Positions 1-14,353 of a stretch of DNA of 64,000 nt are shown piece after piece (position 1 is the first letter of the stretch; each line of letters opens with the position of its first letter). The translations under genes and the position numbers were made by a program. Source of the stretch: the human T2T-CHM13v2.0 reference genome, Homo sapiens. The notes beneath the pieces are model-generated. The model saw nothing but the letters and a program-made list of their open reading frames with translations, was not told the origin of the DNA and did not search any database. The DNA lies in NCBI RefSeq assembly GCF_009914755.1, contig NC_060927.1, one strand, 5' to 3'.

Positions 1-1944
1 TCGAGATAATGCACCACAGAGCCTTGTTTTCTCCCTTGACTCTCCTTTGTTCCTATTACCTGACATATTTACACACCACACCACACCACACCACTTTTGT
101 TTCTCAAAAGTTGTCACTATCAGTGGCAATGAAGTTATAAGGATTAATGAACTGTAGCTGCTGCTAACGCTGTTGCTGTTGTTGTTTTTAAACTTCTTTG
201 GATTCCTGGATAAGAGTCACCACTGGAATACCCACTGATTTTATTTTCTCTTTTGTCTAACATGAGTTTATTTAGATGTGGATTTTTAAAAAAACTATAT
301 GAACGAATTACCTTTGTGAGTATTCTTGCATCATACCTAAATGAGGGGCTGTGACTCAAAGCCTCTAAACTTGAAGTATTTTTAAGTTATAACTTTCTAG
401 ATATGTGCACCAGACAACCCCCAACGTGAGACTTTTAGAGCTCTCACATCATCTTCACTATATGCCCACCTGCAGTTCACACTCAATCAAGATTGATAGG
501 AAAATAATATACCTCCCTTAGTCTTACTTTAAAAAGGAGAAGAAGAAAGCTATTGAGCACCTCACACCAAGTAGAGCTGCTGACAGAGCTTTAAGTATGT
601 GAAGATATAGTCTAATCAGATATAAAAATGTAAGCAACATAGAGAAGTACAACAACATAAATTAGATCTAAACAATTTCTTATAGGAGTACCATGCTTTC
701 ACCCTTTCTATCAGGCTTAAATATATACCACTGTGAGATGGCATATGCAAAAACAGGAGACTATACAATATAATGCATTTATAACATAGTGATTAATATA
801 ACATGGTGATTAATGGAGCCTAGTGAATCTCCAGGCTCAAAAGGAGCCTTGCTGGATTCAAGTCTGACACTGACAAACTGTGTGTCTGGCGCTTCTTATT
901 TGACGTCTCTGAACCCCAGTTCTCTCATCTTTAAATGGAGATTATAATCACACCTACTTAAAGGGGACAGCATGAAAGTTAAATGAGATAACACATGCAA
1001 AATGCTTACAGCAATACCTCGCACATGCTTCAGAGACCTGGATCAAGAATTCAACTTCTGCTGAGCAAGTGACCAGCTGAGAAACTCTGGGCAAGTGAGC
1101 CTCCATAAGTCTCATCTCGTACATCTGGATATACCTACCTTTCATAAGAAACAAGTGAGATAACATATAAGAAAACACTTTTACAACTGTAACGTGCACC
1201 CTATTTTATAAATACATTGAAATCATTTTGGATTGATACCCACTGAGCGGCTAGTACCGCTTAGTGATTACCTCTGGGAAAGAGAGTAGAATTGAAGATA
1301 GGTAAAGGGCATTTGAGCTTTTTACTTCATGCTGTATTGTTTAAAATTTTCAGGGAGATGAAGTTCATTTATTACACATGTATCTTTTAATAATAGAATC
1401 CTCTTCATATGTTATTGTTATTATGGAGAACTATGCAAGAATCTAAAAACTTTAACATCCAGGGATTGTAGTCTTCTTTCCAGCACCTGTGTGAATATCT
1501 CTGTACAGTACTTACAACATAAAACCTCTCAATTCACTATCTGTATCTGCAGATACAGGGAAAGGTTTAAAGTTCCATGTCCTTTTGCTTCTTAGAGAAA
1601 GCTCACATTGAGCCAAAATTTAAAAGCTGGAATGAGCCAGTTAAATGAATTTGGGTTTTGGGAAAGGGGATGACGTATATTAGGGTCAAAAGGGGCTCCT
1701 ATCTAAAACAGAACATGAAACACTGGCTTGAAGCTAGAAATGGAAGCAGGCAATCCAAATATATTTGGCTAAGAACCTTAGTTTCTATGACACAGAGATC
1801 TTTATAAGTCAAGGGACAATATGAGACATGATGAAAATTATGATAATAATGACTACAATGATCTCTTACATTAGTTGTAAGATAATATATGATAATATAT
1901 GTAATTATGATAATAATGATTCAAATAATCTCTCACAGTCTCTG

Positions 1945-2009
1945 AGCACAGTGTCTAGCACCTATTGAATACTTTTATTGAGCATTCAGTAGGTGCTAGA
2001 CACTGTGCT
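1945..2009. repeat. Near-perfect inverted repeat (29-bp arms, 7-nt loop) made of L2/MIR-tail-like sequence
   Basis: agcacagtgtctagcacctattgaatact-tttattg-agcattcagtaggtgctagacactgtgct; the arms differ at 2 of 29 positions. Confidence 0.9.
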
Positions 2010-2284
2010 AAGAGCTTCACACACTTGATGCATCTCATGAGGCTGTTTTGTTAAAGGTAAATCTCAGGTATTCATTCATTCACTTGACATATATCTATTG
2101 GACATCTTCCTGTCATACATAGTGAATTCTACATTGTCACATATGCTACACGAAAATAACTTCCAATCTAGTGTGAAGGTGCAGAGGGAAAAAGGTCTCA
2201 GGAGGAACAAAAACCCTGGTTATGTGTGACTGTGTGCACATGAAGGTATAGGTGGTGAAGGAAATCTTTACCAAGATGGTAATA

Positions 2285-3258
2285 TCTGCAAAAGAAATAA
2301 TCATCAGAGTAAACAGAAAACCCACAGAATGGGAGAAAATATTTGCAAACTATGCATCTGACAAAGGACTAATATCCAGAATCTACAAGGAACACAAATC
2401 AGCAAGAAAAAAACAAACCCATCAAAAAGTAGGCAAATGACATGAATAGATATTTCTCGGAAGAAGATATACAAATGGCAAACAAACATGAAAAAATGTT
2501 CAACTTCACTAATCATTAGGGAAATGTAAATTAAAACCACAAAGATATCACCTTACTCCTACAGGAATTGCTGTTATTCAAAAGCCAACAAACAATAGAT
2601 AAGTATATATATCGGTGTGGATGTGGTAAAAAAGGACCACTTTGTACACTGCTGGTGAAAATGTAAATTAGTACAACCTCTATGGAAAACAGTATGGAGA
2701 TGTCTTAAAGAACTAAAAGTAGATCTACCATTTGATCCAGCAATTTCACTACTGCATATCTACCCAAAGAATAAGAAATCATTATGTCAAAAAGACACCT
2801 GCATGCATATGTTTATTGCAGCACAATTCACAATTGCAAAGATATGGAACCAACCTAAGTGCCCATTGACTAACGAGTAGATAAAGAAAATGTGGCATAT
2901 ATACACCATGGAATACTACTCAGCCATAAAACAGAACAAAATAATGTCTTTTGCGCAACTTGGATGAAGCTGGAGGCCATTATTCTAAGTGAATGGAAAA
3001 CCAAATACCGTATGTTCTCATTTACAAGTGGGAGCTAAGCTATAGATACACAAAGGTGTACAAAGTGATATAATGGATTTTGGAGACTCAGAAGGGGGAG
3101 GTTTGAGGGGGTGTGAGGGATAAAAAATACATATTGGGTGCAATATGCACTACTTGAATGACTGGTGCACTAACACCTCAGATTTTACCACTATACAATT
3201 CATCCACGCAACCCAAAACCACTTGTACTTCAAATGCTATTGAAATGAAGAAAAAAGT
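2285..3258 (+). mobile_element. 5'-truncated L1 (L1PB/L1PA16-like): ORF2 C-terminus and 3' UTR
   Basis: ORF fragment [29 protein letters not shown] is L1 ORF2. Typical 3' UTR ending in caaaaccacttgtac...ctattgaaat and an A-rich tail. Confidence 0.9.
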
Positions 3259-5563
3259 TTAAAGAAGATAATGTCTGAAAACACTGAATCCTTCAAATTG
3301 TTGATCAGTTCACTGGTTTTGAAATCAGCTGGGTGGAGGAAGACCTGCATTTTGTTTTAAATGATCACTGAGCCCACCTGTTTGCATCAGGAGACTCTGA
3401 GAATCCAGACATGTTGCTTGAGTGGAAGTGTGATCCAAACATTTTTGCCAACCTGATGGAGCAAATAAACCCAAGCCTTCTTGCAAAAACCTGAGGAGCC
3501 TCCTGGGAGAGCTTAACTTTGTCAAAAAAGGAGCCAGGCACGATAAGCTTCATGTAGTGATTCTGAGTTCAGTGTGGCAAGTGCCACTTGAGTTCGTCTG
3601 GCCCTGCCATGGATGTATGTCTGGGTTCTAGGGAGAGAGTAGGATAAGAAAAAAACATTGAAGGGATTATTAGCTAAGCTCTGAGGAGGGGACACAAGAG
3701 CCAGAAAACTTTAAATTATCATTATTAAGGTGATCCCATTACTCCCCAGGGGCTACTGGGATCAACAAAGTGTCGGTTACAATAAATGAGAGTAGGAAAA
3801 GAAATGAGAGAGAATAGCAAATAATAAGAACAAAACACACACAAAAAAACAAAATTGAATAAATCTGGCCACATGCTTGAAGAGGCAATAGTAGTCTGAC
3901 CCAAAGCCATCTATCCATCGAGTTGACACCATTATTGTATGCTTGTACCTTTAGCAAGATAAATGAGGAATATGCACAATGTCTATAACATGCTGATGAG
4001 ATTATGCTTATTAGACTAAGAGACTGTGTTTTCTAAGTCAAAATGCATCCTACTCTGAGGACACCTCACATGATAGGGATGAGATAAAATGCGTAAGGTA
4101 CTAGTTTAGGGGTTTTGAGCACATCAATATGCAAACCACCAAAAAGTCTATTTCCATTTGCTCTCCACTTCTAGACCAATTTCACAGGCAATTTTGTTGG
4201 TTATTATTGTAATCTATAACAACTAAAAATGGTTTCTCCATGACCCTCTTTCACTCAGCATCAAGATTCCAATCAATATCCTATTTCCCCTAATATTCAT
4301 AGGAATAAGTTCCAAAAAAGAACTTCGTTAGATACATATCTGTGTCATTTGGAATTTATAAGGGTCTGTGTGCCCAGCCCAAGAAAATGATTGAAAATAT
4401 ACTTAAATCTATCATAATGACCAAAGTCCTAATCCCTAGAATAGACCTGCCCTTCCAAGAAAATCACAGGTCTGTGCTCACCCATAATTTGTTGAGATAA
4501 TTTATAGAAAATTGCAAACCCATCTCACTTTTGCAAAACTAAGAAACACGTTTAAAAGAGAGTGGAATAAAAATAAAACGTTCATTCTTCTCATTCTCTG
4601 AGAAATTACCTACTCAAAATATTATTCTGCTTTCGATGTTCTTTTCTTTTCCTCTACAGAAACTTTGGGCTAATGTATATTTATGTCTTAAGCAGGACTC
4701 CCCAGCCTGTCCAAAACAGAAAAGAAAGAAAAAGGAGGAAGAAATATTTGAGAAACTACAATAAGCAAAAATAAGGGTTTTGAGTACATATAAATAGAAA
4801 ATGTCTTTGCAAAATAAAAGAGAAATTTATTTTATAAGATCTATAAATATATTTTACTTGAATATGTTACTTCTGTTTATGCATGGGAATCTCTCCTCTA
4901 GGATTTTGTCCTCTAGGGAGTTTTCTGTGCTCTACCAGGCTTGGTAGCTCATGAGGCAATTCATTAGACATTTCAAAATTCATTGCAATTTATCTCTTTC
5001 TCCAGGCACAGAGAGAAATACAAAACTTTCTTCAAGAGGTCTTTATATTTCATATTCTAATACAGGATACACAAAGAGTAATCTTTCTCAGCTCTGACAT
5101 CTGGTATATTTTTAACCATAGGCATCAATGAAACAAAAAAAAAGTTTGAGAAACAGTCAACTCACTATAATCACCTTCTCAAATATTTATATGTGCAGTT
5201 TGACAGAATGTAAGCTAAAGATTCTGGAAACTTAAAAACATGCAAGAATCTATGCCTGGTGAAATCTATGTGCCGTTACCTACCTGAACCTATTGTTTGC
5301 AGACTACTAATCGTTTATTTGAGATATCCGATCCAATTTTAATTGCCCACAACAACATCTTTAGAGTCTAAAGTTAAAACATTGACATAATGTATTCAAG
5401 AATATCATAAGGGGAAAGTGAATTAATCATACATTTGATGCATATTTATTAGTTGCCTATTTTGAACCATATTCTGTAAGTCAGGAAGATGAAAAATGAA
5501 TTCACCTATAAAAAGCTTTAAATGGAATGGGCAAAATATGAATCACATACATGAAAGCATTAG

Positions 5564-5930
5564 TGATATGGTTTGGCTCTGTATCCCCACCCAAATCTGA
5601 TCTGGAATTGTAATCCCCGTGTGTCAAGGGAGGGACCTGGTGGGAGATGACTGGATCATGGGGTGGTTCTCCCATGCTGTTCTCCTGATAGTGAAGGAGT
5701 TCTCATCAGATCCGATGGTTTAAAAGTGGCAGTTTCCCCTCCACTCTCTCTCTGTCTCTCCTGCCAACTTGTGAAGATGTGCCTTGCTTCCCCTTTGCCT
5801 TCTGCCATAATTGTAAGTTTCCTGAGGCCTCCCTGGCCATGCAAAACTGTGAGTCAATTAAACCTCTTTTCATCATAAATTACCTAGTCTCAGTAGTATC
5901 TTTATAGCAGTGTGAAAACAGACTAATACA
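5564..5930 (+). mobile_element. MaLR solo LTR (THE1D-like)
   Basis: TGATATGGTTTGGCTCTGT...GACTAATACA termini with a 5-bp TSD ATTAG (5559-5563 and 5931-5935). Confidence 0.92.
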
Positions 5931-8900
5931 ATTAGTGACAAATTAATATTATATATTTTCATTATACTTTGTGTAATTACAAAATACAATGTAATATTAT
6001 GCAATGCAATAAACTGCTAATTTTTTCTTGCAGCGATAAACAGAAAAGTGGTTAGGACTTACCAACACAAGCTGCCATGGATCATTGTCTATCTGTATCG
6101 GAAATTAATGCTTACACGTGCATATGCATTATATGTGTGTTTTTCAAATTTCTGTGATAATAATAAGTCACCTGGGGAACTGGTTTTTCTTGTAATAGGC
6201 CCTTTTAAGACATACTGAAATGAATTTGCAGAGGAACTGGATAATCTGCATTTTTAACAAATGACTCCTTTGATTCAGATTAGGCAGGTTTAGAAAACAC
6301 TGCAATCTACAATGCCATGACAATATTATTATTCCCGTGTTATAGTTGAAAAAACTAAGGTTAGAGAGATTAATTAACTACTCCAAGGACTTCCAAGTTA
6401 GGAGAAAGCAATCTGACTTCCAAAACTTTTGTTCTTTTCACCGTACTAAGCTTTCTTTGTTCTCTGAGAAAATAATTAGGTGAGATGTAGAAAAATGGAA
6501 ATAAAATGCTTATAGAAAAATTTATTTCTATTGCTGCTTAAAAACAATGTTATAGAAAAAAAAAACGTGAAGATGGCAGATAGGAGGCAGGACTAGCTTG
6601 CAGCTTTCACTTGGACAGGCAGAGCAGCGTGTGGAGACTCACATTGTGAACTTTTGCTCCAAGAACTACCGCAGGAGCATATCAGGAAAGCCAAGAGAAT
6701 CCACAGACTCTTTGAAAGAACTGGATCACCATGGCAGGCTCCCCGAGACACCGAAAAACTGTAAGTCAGCTTGCTTTCTCAGCAGGGAGGCTCGTGGTCT
6801 AGGGCAAGTTCTCAGCCCTGGTCACCAGCTGCCTGGAAGTAGACATGGTGCTGTTGGTGGGGCACGGTGGGAGTGAGACCAGCCTTTAGGACTGTGGCTG
6901 TGTGGGAGTGGAGTGAGGCCTGTGACTGCAGCTTTCCCCCACTTCCCTGGCAACCTGTATGACTCAGCAGAGGCAGCCCTAATTCCCCTAGAAATATTAC
7001 TCCTTTGGACTGGGAACAAAACCCCATCCCCCACAGCAGCCACAGCAAACCCCACCCAAGGAGACATTGAGCTCAGGCATGCCTATCCCTGCCCCAACCT
7101 GGTGGTCTTTCTCTACCGGGCCTGGTAGCCAAAGACAAAGGTCATAATCACTTGGGAGCTCTATGGCCCTGCCCATCACCTGAGAAACCTGAAGGCTTAA
7201 CCAGGCCTCCCTGGGGCAAGTTTGCATCCTCCCTATGGGAATGCAGCTATGTACTCTTCAAAGTGCCACCTCCTGGCTGCAAGCCAACCAACACAAAACC
7301 AGCATACTAAACAAAAACACAACTGAGAACCCCCACAGGGTTCTCCACCAGAGCAGGTGCTGGTATCCACAGCTGCAAGACCTGAAGATGGATCTCATCA
7401 CAGGATTCTTTGCAGACACTCCTCAGTATCAGTCCAGAGCCTGGTAGCTCGGTAGCTCACTGGGGACTAGACCCAGAAGAGCAAAAACAATCACTACAGT
7501 TTGGCTCTCAGGAAGCCCCATTCCTTGGGGAAGGGAGAGAACAACACATCAAAGCAGCACTCCATGGGACAAAAGACTCTGAACAGCAGCCCTTGAATCC
7601 CAGATCTTCCCTCTGGCATAGCCTACCCAAATGAGAAGGAACAAGGAAAACAATTCTGGTAATATGATAAAGCAAGGTTCTTTCATACCCCCAAAAGATC
7701 ATACCAGATCACCAGCAATGGATCCAAACCAAGAAAAAATATCTTAATTGCCAGAAAAGGAATTCAGAAGGTCGATTTTTAAGCTAATCAAGGAGGCACC
7801 AGAGAGAGGTGAAGTTCAACCTAAAGAAATCAAAAACATGATACAGGATATGAAAGGAAAATTCTTCAGTGAAATAGATAGCATAAATAAAAAACAATCA
7901 CAACTTTTGGAAATCAAAGACACTCTTAGAGAAATGCAAAGTGCACTGGAAACTCTCAGGAATAGAATTGAACAAGCAGAAGAAAGAATTTCAGATCTTG
8001 AAGACAAGGCTTTCAAATTAACCCGATCCATCAAAGACAAAGAGAAAATAATTTTAAAAAATGAATAAAGTCTCCAAGAAGTTTGGAACTATGTTAAATA
8101 TCCAAACCTAAGAATAATTGGTATTCCTGAGGAGGAGGAGAAATCTAAGTTTGGAAAACATATTTGAGGGAATAATCAAGGAAAACTTCCCAGCCTTGCT
8201 AGAGATCTAGACATGCAAATATGAGAAGCTCAAAGAACATGTAGGAAATTCATTGCAAAAAGATCACTGCCCAGGTACAGTGTCATCAGGTTATCCAAAG
8301 TCAGGATGAAAGAAAGAATCTTAAGAGCTATGAGGCAAAAGTGTAGGTAACCTATAAAGGAAAACCTTTCAAATTAACAGCAAATTTCTCAGCAGAAACC
8401 CTACAAGCTAGAAGGGATTGGGGTTCTATTTCTAGCCACCTTAAACAAAACAATTATCAGTCAAGAATTTTGTATCTAGTGAAACTAAGCTTCATAAAAG
8501 AAAGAAAGATACAGTCTTTTCCAGACAAACAAATGCTGAGAGAATTCACTACTACCAAGCCAGCACTACAAGAACTGCTAAAAGGTCTAAATCTTGAAAC
8601 AAATCCTCAAAATACACCAAAAAAAAAAAAAAAAAAACTCCTTAAAGCATAAATCTCACAGGACCTACATAACAATAATACAATGAAAATAAAGGTATTC
8701 AGGCAACAAATAGCAGGATTAATAGAATAGTACCTCACATCTCAATACTAACATTGAATGTAAATGGTCTAAATGTTCCACTTGAAAGATACAGAATTGC
8801 AGAATGAATAAGAATTCATCAACCAAGTTTCTGCTGCCTTCAGGAGACTCACCTAACACATACAAACTCACATAAAAAGGTAAAGGGGTGGAAAAAGATA

Positions 8901-8995
8901 TTCCATGCAAATGGACATCAAAAGCAAGCAGGAGTAGCTATTCTTATATCAGACAAAACAAATTTTAAAGCAACAGCAGTTAAAAAAGACAAAGG

Positions 8996-9310
8996 GGCCG
9001 GGTGTGGTGGCTCACACCTGTAATCCCAGCACTTTGAGAGGCCAAGGCAGGCAGATCACCTGAGGTCAGAAGTTTGAGGCCAGCCTGGCCAACATGGTAA
9101 AACCCACTCTCTACTAAATATACAAAAATTAGCCAGGCATAGTGGCAGGCACCTGTAATCCCAGCTACTCGGGAGGCTGAGGCATGAGAATCACTTGAAC
9201 CCAGGAGGCAGCAAGCCAAGATTGCATCATTGCACTCCAGCCTCAGCAACAAGAGTGAAACTTCATCTCAAAAAACCAAAAAAAAAACAAACAATAACAA
9301 CAAAAAAAAA
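8996..9310 (+). mobile_element. AluS element inserted in the L1 endonuclease region
   Basis: Dimeric Alu sequence with an A-rich tail and an approximate TSD aaa(g/a)acaaag. Confidence 0.93.
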
Positions 9311-11559
9311 CAAAAACAAAGAGGGACATCATATAATGATAAAAGGACTAGTCCAACAGGAAAATATCACAATTCTAAATATATATGTACCTAACACTGG
9401 AGCTCCCAAATTTATAAAACAATTATTACTAGACCTAAGAAATGAGATAGTTGGCAACCCAATAATAGCAGGGGACTTTAATACATGACTGACAGCACTT
9501 TAATACATGACTGACAGCACTAGACTGGTCATCAAGACAGAAAGTCAACAAAGAAAGAACTGACCTAAACTATATCCTACAACAAATGAACTTAACAGAT
9601 ATTTACAGAATATTCTACCTGACAACTGCAGAATATACATTCTATTCATCAGCACATGGAGTATTCTCCAAGATAGATAATATGACAGGCCACAAAACAA
9701 GTCTCAGTAAATTTGAGAAAATCAAAATTATATCAAGTATTCCTTCAAACCACAGTGGAATAAAATTGGAAATCAACTCCAAAAGGAACCCTCAAAACCA
9801 TGCAAATACATGGAAATTAAATAATCTGCTCCTGAATGATCACTGGGTCCGCAATAAAATCAAGATAGAAATTAAAGAATTTTTTGAACCGAATGATAAT
9901 AGTGGCACAACCTATCAAAACCTCTGGGATACAGCAAAAGTGGTGCTAAGAGGAAAGTTTATAGCATTAGATGCCTACATCAAAAAGTCTGAAAGAGCAC
10001 AAATAGACAATCTAAGGTCAAACCTCATGGAACTGGAGAAACAAGAACAATTCAAACCCAAACCCAGTGGAAGAAAATAAATAAAGAAGATCAGAGCAGA
10101 ACTAAATGAAATTGAAACAAAAAAATACAAAAGTAATGAAACAAAAAGCTGATTCTTTGAAAAGATAAATAAAATTAATAGATCATTAGCAAGATTAACC
10201 AAGAAAAGAGAGAAGATCCAAATAAGCTCAATTAGAAATGAAATGGGAAGTAGTATGACTGATACCACAGAAATACAAAAGATTATTCAAGGCTACTATG
10301 AATACCTGTATGCACACAAACCAGAAAACCTAGAGGAGATGGATAAATTCCTGAAAATATACAACCCTTCTAGATTAAACTAGGAAGATATAGAATCTCT
10401 GAACAGACCAATAATTTCATGCGCATCCGTGTGAAGAGACCACCAAATAGGCTTTGTGTCAGCAACAAGGCTGTTTATTTCACCTGGGTGCAGGCGGGCT
10501 GAGTCTGAAAAAAGAGTCAGCGAAGGGAGATAGGGGTGGGGTTGTTTTATAAGATTTGGGTAGGTAAAGGAAAATTACAGTCAAAGGGGGGTTGTTCTCT
10601 GGCAGGCAGGAGTAGTGGGTGGGGTCACAAGGTGCTCAGTGGGGGAGCTTTTGAGCCAGGATGAGCCAGGAGAAGGAATTTCACAAGGTAATGTCATCAG
10701 TTAAGGCAGGAACAGGCCATTTTCACTTTTTTGTCATTCTTCAGTTACTTCAGGCCATCTGGATGTATACATGCAGGTCACAGAGGATATGATGGCTTAG
10801 CTTGGGCTCAGAGGCCTGACATTCCTGTCTTCTTATATTAATAAGAAAAATAAAATGAAATAGTGGTAAAGTGTTGGGGCAGCGAAAATTTTGGGGGTTG
10901 GTATGGAGAGATAATGGGCGATGTTTCTCAGGGCTGCTTGGAGCAGGATTAGGGGCGGCGTGGGAGCCTAGAGTGGGAGAGATTAAGCTGAAGGAAGATT
11001 TTGTGGTAAGGGGTGATATTGTGGGGTTGTTAGAAGAAACATTTGTCCTATAGAATTATTGGTGATGGCCTGGATACAGTTTTGTATGAATTGAAAAACT
11101 AAATGGAATAAGACAAGGAGAAAAACAGGTTTGAAAGGACTAAGAATTGGGAGGACCTAGGACATCTAATTAGAGAGTGCCTAAGGAGGTTCAGCATAGC
11201 CCTGCCAGCAAAGATTATTTATTTATTTTAAGAGGGAGTTAAGAGTGGCGGTTTGGGGATAGCACCAGGCGATAACAGCTGTGATGGCTTGGAGAAACAG
11301 TGTAAGCCGGCAGTGTAAACAAGAGCAGGGCATTTAGGAGTAGTTGAGAATGGTGAATAGGAGTATGACTAGACAGAAGATAGCAGGGATGACAAGTTTT
11401 TTGGGGCACAGTCCAAGTTGGTCTGGTGTCTGGAATGAGACTGGGGCCTAATAAAAAGGAGCATCTACACAGGAGCTCAAATGGGCTGTACCCTGTAGCA
11501 TTCCAAGGACAGGCCTGAATTCTGAGAAGGGCAAGTGGTAAAAGTATTGTCCAGTTCTT

Positions 11560-14353
11560 TTTAAGTTGGTGGCTGAGCTTGATGAGGTGTGTTTTTAAAA
11601 GACCATTAGTCAGTTCTACCTTTCCTGAAGATTGAGGACGGTAAGGGATATAAAGATTTCACTGAATACCAAGAACCTGAAAAAACTGCGTGGGTGATTT
11701 GACTAATAAAGGCTGGTCCGTTATCAGACTGTATAGAGGTGGGAAGGCTAAACTGAGGAATTATGTCTGACAGAAGGGAAGAAATGACCACAGTGGCCTT
11801 CTCAGACCTTGTGGGAAAGGCCTCTACCTATCCAGTGAAAGTGTCTACCTAGATTAAGAGGTATTTTAGTTTTCTGACTCGGGGCATGTGAGTAAAGTCA
11901 ATTTGTCAGTCCTGGGCAGGGGCAAATCCCTGAGCTTGATGTGTAGGAAAGGGAGGAGGCCTGAACAATCCTTGAGGGGTAGTAGAATAGCAGGTGGAAC
12001 ACTGAGAAGTGATTTCCTTGAGGATAGATTTCCATGATGGAAAGGAAATGAGAGGTTCTAAGAGACAGGCTAGCGGCTTGTAACCTACATGGAAGAGGTT
12101 ATGAAATGATGACAGAATAAAATGGGCCTGTGAGGCTGGAAGGAGATATTTTCCTTGGTCTAAGAACCATTTGCCTTGTGTGGGAAGAGATTGATAAGTA
12201 GAAGGTTCAGCGGAGGAGTAGGTGGGAGTGACTGATGTGAAGGAGAAAAACTGGCCATGAGGGACAGATGTTGGAACACTAGCTGCTTGTCTAGCCACCT
12301 TATCAGCATAAGCGTTGCCTAGAGCAATGGGATCTGACGCCTTTTGATGGCCTTTGCAGTGAATGACTCCAGCTACTTTTGGAAGTAAAGCGGCCTTGAG
12401 CAGAGTTTTTATTAAAGAGGCATTAAAGACGGAGGACCCTTGTGTAGTGAGGAAACCTCTTTCAGCCTATATAACAGCATGGTGGTGCAGAATATGGAAG
12501 GCATATTTAGAGTCAGTATAAATATTGATGCATAGTCCTTTTGCAAGAGTGAGGGCCTGAGTTAAGGCAACTAGTTCGGCTTGCTGAGAGGTAGTGGAGG
12601 GGGGCAGAGTGATAGCCTCGATGATAGATGTGGAAGATACTATTCGCATAGCCTGCCTTTGCTGGTGAGTGGCAATTAGGCCTGGTGGAACTGCCATCAA
12701 TAAACCAAATGTGATCAGGGTGAGGAACAGGGAAGAAGGAAATATGGGGAAATGGGGTGAATGTCAGGTGGATCAGAGAGATGCAGTCATGAGGGTCAGG
12801 TGTGGTATCTGGAATAATGTGGGAGGCTGGATTGAAGTCTGAGCCAGGAACAATGGTAATTGTGGGAGACTCAACAAAGAGTGAGTATAGCTGAAGGAGC
12901 CAGGGAGCAGAAAGTATATGCATCAGGTGTGAGGAAGAAAATAGATTTAGGAAGTTATGAGAGCTGTAGACAGTGAATTGAGCATAGTTTGTGATTTTGA
13001 GGGCCTCTAAAAGTATTAGGGTGGCCACAGCCACTGCACAGAGACATGATGACCAGCCTAAAACAGTAAGGTCAAGTTGTATGGACAAAAAGGCTACAGG
13101 ACGCGATCCCGGTCCTTGTGTAAGAATTCTGACTACACAGCCCTGCACTTCAGCTGTGTGTAATGAAAAAGGTTGGGATGAGTCAGGGAGAGCTAGGATG
13201 GGGGCAGTCTCTAAAGCTGTCTTCAAGGAATGGAAAGAGGAGTGGGGAAAGGATTTAGAATCTATGGGGTCAGCTAGGTTTCCTTTTGTGAGTTTATATA
13301 ATGGTTTTGTTAGGATGGCAAAAGCAGGTATCTAAAGTCGAAAGTATCTAACCATGCTTAGGAAGGAAAGGAGTTGTTGTTTTGTAGAAGGTATTGGGGT
13401 TTGAGAGATCAGTCGGACACGATCAGCAGGGAGAGCACATGTGTTTTTATGAGAATTATGCCGAGATAGGTAACAGATGAGGAAGAAATTTAGTCTTGAC
13501 TGAAGTAATGGGGGCTGTCTGTGAGGCCTTGCGGCAGTACAGCCCAGGTAATTTGCTGAGCCTGATGGGTGTCTGCATCAGTCCAAGTGAAAGTGAAGAG
13601 AGGCTGGGATGAAGGGTGCAAAGGAATAGTAAAGAAAGCATGTTTGAGATCCAGAACAGAATAATGGGTTGTGGAGGGAGGTATTGAGGATAGGAGAATA
13701 TATGGGTTTGGCACCATGGTGTGGATAGGCAAAACAATTTGGTTGATAAGGTGCAGATCCTGAAATAACCTATAAGCCTCATCTGGTTTTAGGACAGGTA
13801 AAATGGGGGAATTGTAGGGAGAGTTTATAGGCTTTAAAAGGCCATGCTGTAGCAGGCGAGTGATAACAGACTTTAATCCTTCTAAAGTGTGCTGTGGGAT
13901 GGGATATTGGCATTGAGCAGGGTAAGGGTGATTAGGTTTTAATGGGATGGTAAGGGGTGCATGATCGGTCGCTAAGGAGGGAGTAGAGATGTCTTATACT
14001 TGTGGGTTAAGGTGGGGAGATACAAGGGGAGGATGTGAGGGAGGCTTTGAACTGGAGGAAAAGGCGGCAATGAGGTGTGGCTGTAGCCCAGGAATAGTCA
14101 GGGAAGCAGATAAGTTTGTTAAAGTGTCTCAGCCTAATAAGGGAACTGGGCAGGTGGGGATAACTAAAAAGGAGTGCTTAAAAGAGTATTGTCTAAGTTG
14201 GCACCAGAGTTGGGGAGTTTTAAGAGGTTTAGAAGCCTGGCCGTCAATACCCACAATAGTTATGGAGGCAAAGGAAACAGGCCTTTGAAAAGAAGGTAAT
14301 GTGGAGTGGGTAGGCTCCATATTGATTAAGAAGGGGATGGACTTACCCTCCAC
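11560..14353 (-). pseudogene. HERV-H pro-pol remnants (protease, RT, RNase H, integrase)
   Basis: Fragments FLINMEPTHSTLP (degenerate protease), YSVLDLKHAFFTIPLHP and TWAVLPQG (RT), WFIDGSS and NIYTDSKYAF (RNase H), IQSDNGPAF (integrase). They are split over several frames. Confidence 0.92.

Noticed and set aside
830-1190. MIR/L2-like fragments here and near 6330, 27200, 28850, 29190, 30005, 36760, 39270, 50030 and 57080
   Set aside because: They are probably real ancient SINE/LINE remnants but too degenerate to delimit reliably by eye, so they are not listed as features.
1836-1937. Imperfect ~35-bp direct repeat (aattatgataataatga...atctct.aca)
   Set aside because: Low-complexity AT-rich local duplication with no further structure.
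8980-9252. Alu-derived ORFs (also 24611, 35001, 41713, 44522, 47021, 53685, 62693)
   Set aside because: They are standard Alu reading frames with no independent evidence of a gene.
12513-13226. Long HERV-H pol ORFs (237 aa here, 280 aa at 19826-20668) as functional proteins
   Set aside because: They are isolated fragments of a frameshifted pol. The protease active site is degenerate and the second RNase H reads FIEG instead of FIDG.
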